Shown here piece by piece: positions 54,161-61,685 of a stretch of DNA of 64,000 bases. The stretch's first letter is position 1. Each line of letters opens with the position of its first letter. This stretch comes from Alphaproteobacteria bacterium (lineage in GTDB: Bacteria; Pseudomonadota; Alphaproteobacteria; UBA6615): positions 3,571 to 67,570 of the forward strand of contig JAKUPN010000010.1 of the NCBI GenBank assembly GCA_022449545.1, written 5' to 3'. The translations under genes and the position numbers were made by a program. Below the pieces are notes generated by a model. That model did not search any database, was not told the origin of the DNA, and was given only the letters and a program-made list of their open reading frames with translations.

Positions 54161-55120
54161 ATGAGTTTAGGAACAGTTTGTGTGATTGGATGTAGTGGAT
54201 TTGTTGGCAGTCATGTTACAGCAAAGCTATTAAAGCGTGGTTATAGCGTTAATGGGACTCTGAGAGATTCAAAAGGCTCTAATGCCGAGTGGTTGAGGAC
54301 TAATGTCTCATGCAAAGCGATAAGCGACAACTCTCTAAGGTTATTCTCGGCGGACGTGTTTGATAAGGAATCACTCAGATTAGCAATGGCTGATTGCACC
54401 GGTATAATTGTTTGTGCTGGCTCTCCTGTAATTGCTCCAGAAACAATTAACTTGATGGTCGCAGTAGGAAAAAACACATCCGAAATTGCTATAGAATCAG
54501 GTATAGAGCGGGCAGTCTATACCTCTAGTACAGGGTCTACTAATCCTCCCGAAGGAGAACCTGAACTAAAAAATGAAGAGATCCACTGGTCTGATCCGAT
54601 CGAACAATATGATGCAGGAAAATTTGCAGCAGTTGGGAAAACTAGAATGGATAGAATAGTTTTAGAAAGCATGAAAATTACAGAAGGAAGTTTTCGTGTC
54701 TGTGTAATCAATCCTTCAATGATTGTAGGCCCAGCATACCAGCTCGAACCAGTAACTAGTCTTATTCGTTTCGCTGATATTATTAATGGCAGACGTTTTA
54801 AAGACAGAATTCCAAACAGTTCCAATTCTATAATTGATGTTCGTGATTTGGCTGAGTTGCATATAAATGCTCTAGAAAATGAAGATTCTAGGGGAAGATA
54901 TTTTGGAGTTAAGAGGAGTTGGCATTGGCGCGAGATACTTAGAGAGATCGAAATCGCGTGTCCTGACTATACTATGCCAAACATAGATCCTGCAGAGACT
55001 CCAGTAATGGAAACCCAATTTGATTTTAGCCGTCAAAAATCTCTTGGCGTTTCTATAAGGGGTATCAAAGATATGTTTAAGGATCTTATCAAAGAACTAT
55101 ATCGTCGTAATATGATTTGA
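54161..55120 (+). CDS. NAD-dependent epimerase/dehydratase (extended SDR, cinnamoyl-CoA/dihydroflavonol reductase-like)
   Basis: 'VIGCSGFVGSHV' glycine-rich motif. Confidence 0.75.
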   Translation: MSLGTVCVIGCSGFVGSHVTAKLLKRGYSVNGTLRDSKGSNAEWLRTNVSCKAISDNSLRLFSADVFDKESLRLAMADCTGIIVCAGSPVIAPETINLMVAVGKNTSEIAIESGIERAVYTSSTGSTNPPEGEPELKNEEIHWSDPIEQYDAGKFAAVGKTRMDRIVLESMKITEGSFRVCVINPSMIVGPAYQLEPVTSLIRFADIINGRRFKDRIPNSSNSIIDVRDLAELHINALENEDSRGRYFGVKRSWHWREILREIEIACPDYTMPNIDPAETPVMETQFDFSRQKSLGVSIRGIKDMFKDLIKELYRRNMI

Positions 55121-55157
55121 TCATTATAATTTACAAAAAACTTATCCATTAATATTT

Positions 55158-56051
55158 TTATGTTTTTGCTGAGTTTGTTGCTAAATTCTGAATTGCTAGT
55201 CTCCAGATTTCATTTTTTGTAACTCCTTTTAGCCGCAGTTCTCTGAGGGTATGCGCTCCTTCCCTTTTCGCAAGCCGTTTTCCAAATTCATCTTTTAACA
55301 AAGGTGAGTGGTGCCATTCAGGGGTTTTTAACCCAAGTAATTTTTGTAGTAGACGATGTATATGAGTGGCATCAAATAGATCCTCACCACGATTAATTAC
55401 TGATATACCCTGAGCGGCATCATCTATAGTTACCGCTAAATGATAGCTAGTTCCTATGTCTTTTCTTGCAATTACTATATCTCCGACGTTTTCAGATTGG
55501 ACCTTTTGGCTCCCTTTTAAACGGTCAAACCAATAAATGTCTCCTGCGTGTTTCAGTGCCTTTTTAAAATTTAACCTCCAAGCAAACGGACTCCCCGATA
55601 AAATTTTTCTTCTACGCTGAGAAATAGATAAGTTGCGACAAGTGCCTGGATATATTTTATATTGATTGTGGTTTTTATGAGGGGCAGAAATAGAATTGCT
55701 TATTTCTTGAGTAATTTCCATTCTTGTGCAGAAGCACTGATAAATAAGTTGTTTTTCTAATAGATTATCTAGCGCATCTTTGTATGCATGTGCTCTCTCG
55801 GATTGACGCATCACAGGTTCTTCCCATTCAATTCCCAACCACTCCAAGTCTTCAAATATTTCTTTTTCAAACTGAGCATTGCAACGTCCTATATCTATAT
55901 CCTCGATACGTAAGATAAACTTTCCATTAGATCTTTTTGCAAGTTGCCAAGCAAAAAGGGCGGTATAGGCGTGGCCTAGGTGCAGGCGACCAGAGGGCGA
56001 TGGTGCAAACCTTGTGACAACTTTTTTTGAACTATGATTATTATTGTTCAC
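55158..56051 (-). CDS. gluQ: tRNA glutamyl-Q(34) synthetase
   Basis: Truncated GluRS catalytic domain (297 aa) with 'TRFAPSPSGRLHLGHA' (HIGH) and no anticodon-binding domain. Confidence 0.9.
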   Translation of the reverse strand: MNNNNHSSKKVVTRFAPSPSGRLHLGHAYTALFAWQLAKRSNGKFILRIEDIDIGRCNAQFEKEIFEDLEWLGIEWEEPVMRQSERAHAYKDALDNLLEKQLIYQCFCTRMEITQEISNSISAPHKNHNQYKIYPGTCRNLSISQRRRKILSGSPFAWRLNFKKALKHAGDIYWFDRLKGSQKVQSENVGDIVIARKDIGTSYHLAVTIDDAAQGISVINRGEDLFDATHIHRLLQKLLGLKTPEWHHSPLLKDEFGKRLAKREGAHTLRELRLKGVTKNEIWRLAIQNLATNSAKT

Positions 56052-56115
56052 AATATCTTTCTAGGCGATTAATTATTTTGGCTTTTAACTTTGGATACAA
56101 TGATTTAACTATCAC

Positions 56116-56733
56116 GTGATGATTGATCAAGAAAGTATAGAAGAACACTTGCGTGAATTAGCAGCAGTGGATATTCGTATCAAAAAGCTCTGGGGTCTGG
56201 TTGGGACTCCCAATTTTATTATCAGCGAACATGGTTGTGTTGCCTTAATAAAGATAATTATTGAACAGCAAGTTTCGACTAAAGCAGCGAATGCTATATG
56301 GAATAGGTTGTTAGATGCTGGTTTTGTATCTAACCCCTTAAAATTTATGAGTGAAAATGATCAGACTTTGAGAGAAATAGGACTGAGTAGGCAAAAGGTT
56401 TCTTACTGTAGAAATATTATATCTTTATCCTCGACTGGCAACTTTGAGTTTGATGATTTGCGTAAAATGTCAGATCAAGATGCTATAACTGCTTTGTTAG
56501 CACTTAAAGGGATTGGACTCTGGAGTGCAGAAAACTATTTAATTTTTGTATTAGGTAGACAAGATATAATTCCTGCGGATGATTTAGCTCTATTGATTGC
56601 AGCAGGCCGATATTTTGATAATGGCGAACGATGGTGTCCAAAAGTGTTGCGAGGTGAGGCTGAAAAATGGAGGCCTTGGAGAAGTTCGGTGGCATTGCTG
56701 TTGTGGCATGGATATGAGAGTGGAAAAATATAA
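56116..56733 (+). CDS. DNA-3-methyladenine glycosylase II-like (HhH-GPD family)
   Basis: HhH 'LLALKGIGLWSAENYLIF' followed by the catalytic Asp region 'PADDLAL'. Confidence 0.75.
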   Translation: MMIDQESIEEHLRELAAVDIRIKKLWGLVGTPNFIISEHGCVALIKIIIEQQVSTKAANAIWNRLLDAGFVSNPLKFMSENDQTLREIGLSRQKVSYCRNIISLSSTGNFEFDDLRKMSDQDAITALLALKGIGLWSAENYLIFVLGRQDIIPADDLALLIAAGRYFDNGERWCPKVLRGEAEKWRPWRSSVALLLWHGYESGKI

Positions 56734-56757
56734 TTTCTAATAAACGGAAAGTAAAAC

Positions 56758-57426
56758 ATGTCTAATGAAACAATCCTCCAGGGTCCAACTTTTGGTCCAG
56801 CGAAAGGAAAAAATACTAAAAAGCTAGTGATTCTATTACATGGTTTGGGAGCGAACGGCGATGATTTAATCGGTTTGGCACCTTTTTTTTCTGAGGTTTT
56901 ACCTGAGGCAGAGTTTCTAGCTCCCAATGCACCTCAAGCTTGTGATATGGCACCAGTTGGTTATCAATGGTTTAGTTTACAAGACAGAAGTGCTTTAGCG
57001 ATTGAATCTGGCGTAAGGGCTGCAGCGCCCTTAGTAATCGATTTTATCGAATACCATCGTGAAAAAAGATCCCTCAAACATAGTGATATAGCATTATTAG
57101 GTTTTAGTCAGGGATGTATGATGTCCTTATTCGTGGGGTTTCGTTTGCGTAATAAAATTGCAGCCATTCTGGGGTATTCTGGTGCTTTGGTGGCTCCTGA
57201 TAAACTAATATCAGAAGTAACCAACAGGCCTCCGGTACTTTTAATTCACGGGGAAAATGACCCGGTGGTTCCATTCGTTAGGTTGGAAGAAGCCAGGAAA
57301 GGATTGGAGTCTGCAGGGATTGATGTTCAAACGCTTACTCGGCCTGGATTGGGTCATGGCATTGATGAAGAGGGGATTCGAGCTGGAGTCGAGTTATTAA
57401 AAACCGTTTTGGTTGGGAGTAATTGA
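56758..57426 (+). CDS. phospholipase/carboxylesterase-family alpha/beta hydrolase
   Basis: 'ILLHGLGANGDDL', nucleophile elbow 'GFSQG', 'HGENDPVVP', 'GHGI'. Confidence 0.8.
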   Translation: MSNETILQGPTFGPAKGKNTKKLVILLHGLGANGDDLIGLAPFFSEVLPEAEFLAPNAPQACDMAPVGYQWFSLQDRSALAIESGVRAAAPLVIDFIEYHREKRSLKHSDIALLGFSQGCMMSLFVGFRLRNKIAAILGYSGALVAPDKLISEVTNRPPVLLIHGENDPVVPFVRLEEARKGLESAGIDVQTLTRPGLGHGIDEEGIRAGVELLKTVLVGSN

Positions 57427-57514
57427 GCTTTATATTTATTAGGGTTTTGTCGACGCGGATTACTCGAATAGAATATAAGGACAATTTAATTATGAAAAGT
57501 ATGGAGCAGCAGTA

Positions 57515-58075
57515 ATGTTGGGAGCATTAGAAAGAAGTCCTGCGCTGGTGCTGAATGCAGATTTTAGGCCATTAAGTTATTTTCCTTTGTCTATTTGGTC
57601 ATGGCAAGATGCTGTTAAAGCAACGCTCTTAGGGAGAGTTAACACTGTCGCAGAGTACGATAGAGTGATCCGATCACCTAGTTTTGAAATAGCTCTACCT
57701 AGTGTTGTATCTCTAAAACAGTACATTAAACCCTCTGAACATCCCGCTTTTACTCGTTTTAATGTTTTTCTCAGGGATAAATTTACATGCCAGTACAGTG
57801 GAAGACGCCTGCCGGCCAATGAGTTAACTTTTGATCATGTTCTACCGAGATCACGTGGGGGAAAAACGACTTGGGATAATGTGGTCACTGCATCCGCAGA
57901 ATACAATCTGAAGAAGGGCAACAGAACGCCAGAACAAGCAGGTATGTTTTTGAAGAAAACACCAAAACGTCCCAACACATGGGAACTTCTAGAAAACGGT
58001 AGATCATTTCCCCCTAACTACTTACATAAAAGTTGGAGAGATTACCTCTACTGGGATGCAGAGCTTGATCAATAA
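57515..58075 (+). CDS. HNH endonuclease-family protein
   Basis: 'FDHVLPRSRGGKTTWDNVVTASAEYNLKKGN' HNH motif. Confidence 0.8.
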   Translation: MLGALERSPALVLNADFRPLSYFPLSIWSWQDAVKATLLGRVNTVAEYDRVIRSPSFEIALPSVVSLKQYIKPSEHPAFTRFNVFLRDKFTCQYSGRRLPANELTFDHVLPRSRGGKTTWDNVVTASAEYNLKKGNRTPEQAGMFLKKTPKRPNTWELLENGRSFPPNYLHKSWRDYLYWDAELDQ

Positions 58076-58131
58076 GATTCTTTGATTTTTTCAGCAATAA
58101 TTTCAAACAAATCAGGGTTAACTTCGGCTGT

Positions 58132-58707
58132 TTACAGTCGAGTAGACAACCAGATGGCTAGTTTTGATCCTGCTTTTATAGCTTTTGACATCAAGGGATA
58201 AATATTTTCATCCTGCTCAGATTCGCTAGAATTATTTAAATTAATAAAATTATTACTAATAGATTTATGCTCAATTTCATCAAGTCGAAATTTATCAATT
58301 ATCTTGGACAATTCGGGGTCATTTTCCCCTAGAGTTTCATATTGTGTTTTGTAGTGTTCTTCAATAACTTCTTCTACTGCAACTGTACATGCCATGGCAG
58401 CTTTTTCGCCCATTCTTGCTGTTACAACGCCCAAAGTATAGCCTGCTAAGCTCCAGATTGGTGAAAGAGCTGTCGGTCTTATGCGCCGCTCTATGATCAG
58501 TTTATCGAAAGTTTCAAGGTGATCTTTTTCTTGATCGGCCATGTCTTGAATTGTTTGTCCTACAGTACTTTTTGCCAAAACAGAAAGTTGGCCCTCATAA
58601 ATACGTGAAGCTCCGAACTCTCCTGCGTGATTAACTCTAATCATTCTATCGGTAGTATCTTTAATGTTTTGAGAAGTGTTTTGCTCTTCCATGTTTTCTT
58701 TTTTCAT
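58132..58707 (-). CDS. coq7: demethoxyubiquinone hydroxylase Coq7 (diiron)
   Basis: 'IRVNHAGEFGASRIYEGQ' and repeated ExxH ('QEKDHL', 'EEVIEEHY', 'DEIEHK'). Confidence 0.9.
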   Translation of the reverse strand: MKKENMEEQNTSQNIKDTTDRMIRVNHAGEFGASRIYEGQLSVLAKSTVGQTIQDMADQEKDHLETFDKLIIERRIRPTALSPIWSLAGYTLGVVTARMGEKAAMACTVAVEEVIEEHYKTQYETLGENDPELSKIIDKFRLDEIEHKSISNNFINLNNSSESEQDENIYPLMSKAIKAGSKLAIWLSTRL

Positions 58708-58733
58708 TTTCTGAACTATCCAATTTATATATA

Positions 58734-59324
58734 TTAAAATAGTTTTAGTAGATAAAAGCTAGCTATCACTAATGCGCAAAATAGAAGTATTATCCAGCTA
58801 AAATAACGCTCAATAAAATTTTGTAATAAAGGACCAAAATACCAAATAATGGCTGCTATGAGAAAGAACCGCAGCCCGCGTGATAAAAGTGAAGAAGCGC
58901 CAAAGACAAATAGATTTAAGTCTGTAATACCACTCGCTATGCCTACTAATTTGTAAGGAAGGGGGGTTAAGCCAAAAAAACCAACAATCCAAGGGCCCAT
59001 TTCGTTATACTTTTTTGTGAATTGAATGAAGTCATCATTAAGATCGTAAAGGGTAATTATATTTTGACCTAAGTAATCATAAAAAAGGGCTCCAATAACA
59101 TAAGCTAAAAAACCTCCAAGGACAGACATTAATGTACATATGCCTGCTAATTTCCAAGCTTGACTACGTGCTGCAATTATCATTGGTATGAGCAGTATAT
59201 CTGGAGGAATCGGCCAAACAGAGCTTTCCAGAAATGCCACCAAAGCCAAAACCCAAAGCGCGTTTTTATGAGCGCTCATTCTGAGAAGCTTTTTATTAAT
59301 TCCTCTAAACATTACAAATATCAT
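58734..59324 (-). CDS. YqaA/DedA-type (SNARE-associated domain) membrane protein
   Basis: 'AFLESSVWPIPPDILLIPM' motif and multiple TM helices. Confidence 0.65.
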   Translation of the reverse strand: MIFVMFRGINKKLLRMSAHKNALWVLALVAFLESSVWPIPPDILLIPMIIAARSQAWKLAGICTLMSVLGGFLAYVIGALFYDYLGQNIITLYDLNDDFIQFTKKYNEMGPWIVGFFGLTPLPYKLVGIASGITDLNLFVFGASSLLSRGLRFFLIAAIIWYFGPLLQNFIERYFSWIILLFCALVIASFYLLKLF

Positions 59325-59462
59325 AAATTATTTATTTCAACGTATAACGCCCTCTATCAGTCCTATAGCTAATGAGTCTATGATTTATTTCTATATTAGT
59401 TTAGTTCTAATCTTCTCATTGACGAAAGTGATCGACAAGATTAATTCTTTAATACTCTTTAT

Positions 59463-59549
59463 GCGGGCGTGGCGGAATTGGTAGACGCGCGGGATTCAAA
59501 ATCCCGTTCTGGTAACAGAGTGAGAGTTCGATTCTCTCCGCCCGCACCA
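59463..59549 (+). tRNA. tRNA-Leu (anticodon CAA), CCA encoded
   Basis: Manual cloverleaf. Acceptor gcgggcg/cgcccgc. Anticodon stem cggga/tcccg with loop 'ttCAAaa'. Long variable arm 'ttctggtaacagagt'. T arm gagag-ttcgatt-ctctc. Discriminator A plus CCA. Confidence 0.95.
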
Positions 59550-59713
59550 TTTATTTAATTTCTCATAATAATCTTTCTAGAATTTGGTTGCGGTTTCATG
59601 TCTCAGTTGCGATTTATTATTAACGGGTCTAACTTTTAGTGTCATTCAACACTTCAATTTTATTGAATATTTTTTTAATATTATTTTTATAGAAGCTTTT
59701 AGTTGTAAATTTA

Positions 59714-60316
59714 ATGGAAATAAAAAATACCTTTCAGGTTGCAGCTAGCTTAAAGAAAGCATGGGTTATTTTGCTTGATGTGCCCCGGATTACGCCATGT
59801 ATGCCTGGCGCTGAGCTGACTGAGATGATCAATGACAAATCCTATAAAGGGAATGCTAAGCTGCGTGTTGGTCCAGTTCAGTTAACCTTTTCGGGTCAAG
59901 CTGAAATTACTAATTTAGATCAAGAAAACTTTACCGCTACAGTTCATGCAAAAGGCAATGATATTAAGGGCCGAGGTACGGCAGAAGCAGATGTGGTTTT
60001 TGCTTTGTATGACGAAGCTGGTCAGACACGCGTTGACGTAACGACAACACTTAATCTCACCGGTTCGGTCGCTCAATACGGCCGAGCCTCTGGATTAATA
60101 GATGCTATAGCGGGCCAAATAATCTCGGATTTTGCCAAGAACCTAGAAACAGAAATTACTGGCGATAGTGAGGTGTCGGATGGTGGGTCTAATGAGAACT
60201 CCGTTAATGAAGAATTAAGCAAACCCATCAATCTTGAAAGCCGACCTAAGAATTCTTTATCGGTTATAAGTCTGTTGTTTCGAGCAATATTATCAATGAT
60301 CCGCGGCAAGCGGTAG
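59714..60316 (+). CDS. coxG: CoxG-like SRPBCC protein with C-terminal membrane-anchor-like tail
   Basis: 'FQVAASLKKAWVILLDVPRITPCMPGAEL' CoxG-type N-terminus. Located upstream of coxM/S/L-like genes. Confidence 0.7.
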   Translation: MEIKNTFQVAASLKKAWVILLDVPRITPCMPGAELTEMINDKSYKGNAKLRVGPVQLTFSGQAEITNLDQENFTATVHAKGNDIKGRGTAEADVVFALYDEAGQTRVDVTTTLNLTGSVAQYGRASGLIDAIAGQIISDFAKNLETEITGDSEVSDGGSNENSVNEELSKPINLESRPKNSLSVISLLFRAILSMIRGKR

Positions 60317-60330
60317 AGAGAGAAAATATT

Positions 60331-61206
60331 ATGAAACCTGCTGCGTTTACTTATCATGACCCTAAGACATCTAATGAGGTTATAGAGCTGCTGAGCCAAC
60401 ATGAGGATGCTAAAATACTGGCTGGTGGTCAGTCTTTAATTCCGATGTTAAACATGAGATTTGTTGTTCCAGATCATGTAATAGATATAAACGGCGTGAA
60501 AGACTTAGACAGTGTTTTTGATAATGGAGAATCCCTCGAAATAGGGGCTATGACTCGTCAAAGTAATCTTAGCAAAAGCCACGATGTAAAAACTAAAACA
60601 CCTATTTTTCTTGAGGCTCTAGGGAATGTAGGTCATTTTCAAACTCGAAATAGAGGAACCCTTGGTGGGAGCCTCTGTCATCTTGATCCTGCAGCTGAAA
60701 TACCATGCTTAATGGCAGCTTATGATGCCGTTATGATTGCACAAGGGTCTAATGGCCTGCGAGAGATACCCTTTTCAGAATGGCCTTTGGCTTACATGAT
60801 GCCAAGTTTAGAACCAGACGAGTTGCTTATAAAAGTACGTGTTCCATATTGGCGTTCTCATCATGGATATAGTTTTGTCGAGTTTGCTCGTCGTCATGGT
60901 GATTTTGCGATAATAGCTGTTGCGGTTCTTATAGAAATGGATGGAAAAACAATCAGCCGTGCGTCAATCTCTGTTGGTGGCGCTGATATTCGTCCAATCC
61001 GCTTGTTTGAAGCTGAAGAAGGTTTAATAGGCGAAAACTTAGATGTTCGAGTTTTTAAATCGGCTGCAGAAATAGCGCGTAAAGTAGATGCAATGTCGGA
61101 TGCCTATGTTACGTCTTCATACCGCCAGCGACTTGCAGCGACACTTGTTGAACGAGCCCTTGTACAGGCTGCCGAACGCGTTAGTAGGGGAGAAAATAAT
61201 GCCTGA
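60331..61206 (+). CDS. molybdenum hydroxylase FAD-binding (medium, CoxM-like) subunit
   Basis: 'LAGGQSLIPMLNMR' and 'RNRGTLGGSLCHLDPAAE' FAD_binding_5 motifs. Confidence 0.85.
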   Translation: MKPAAFTYHDPKTSNEVIELLSQHEDAKILAGGQSLIPMLNMRFVVPDHVIDINGVKDLDSVFDNGESLEIGAMTRQSNLSKSHDVKTKTPIFLEALGNVGHFQTRNRGTLGGSLCHLDPAAEIPCLMAAYDAVMIAQGSNGLREIPFSEWPLAYMMPSLEPDELLIKVRVPYWRSHHGYSFVEFARRHGDFAIIAVAVLIEMDGKTISRASISVGGADIRPIRLFEAEEGLIGENLDVRVFKSAAEIARKVDAMSDAYVTSSYRQRLAATLVERALVQAAERVSRGENNA

Positions 61207-61681
61207 TTACAGAAATATTAAAGTTGTTGTGAATGGAGTTGAACATGAGCTCGATGTTGAGACAAGAACTAGTCTCGGAGATTTTTTACGTCAAGAAATC
61301 GAGTTGACTGGCACTCATTTAGGTTGTGAACATGGCGTATGCGGAGCTTGCACGGTGTTATTAGATGGTGAGGCAGTACGATCTTGCCTAATGTTGGCTG
61401 TACAGGCTAATGGACATGAAATCACAACGGTGGAAGGGTTGGCTGAGGAAGATGGAAGTTTACATCCTCTTCAAGAAGCCTTCTGGAAACATCATGGTTT
61501 ACAGTGTGGTTTCTGTACGCCCGGCATGTTGACTTCTCTTACGGCTTATTTAGGTGAAAATCCAGAGCCTAACGAACGTGATATACGTGAGGCTATTTCC
61601 GGTAACATCTGTAGATGCACCGGTTACCAGAGTATAGTTGATGCAGCTCTAGATGCTGCCAAGAAAATGCGTGGGGAGTAA
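61199..61681 (+). CDS. molybdenum hydroxylase [2Fe-2S] (small, CoxS-like) subunit
   Basis: 'GCEHGVCGACTVLLDG' and 'QCGFCTPGM...CRCTGY'. The start ATG at 61199 overlaps the coxM-like stop (ATGCCTGA). The 61088 start in the track is an upstream extension in an unrelated-looking sequence. Confidence 0.9.
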   Translation: MPDYRNIKVVVNGVEHELDVETRTSLGDFLRQEIELTGTHLGCEHGVCGACTVLLDGEAVRSCLMLAVQANGHEITTVEGLAEEDGSLHPLQEAFWKHHGLQCGFCTPGMLTSLTAYLGENPEPNERDIREAISGNICRCTGYQSIVDAALDAAKKMRGE

Positions 61682-61685
61682 GATT

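Noticed and set aside
61088-61198. Upstream extension of the CoxS-like ORF (197-aa version)
   Set aside because: The extension lies within the CoxM-like coding region in another frame and has no family similarity. The ATG at 61199 ('MPDYRNIKVVVNG') gives a standard small-subunit N-terminus coupled to the upstream stop.
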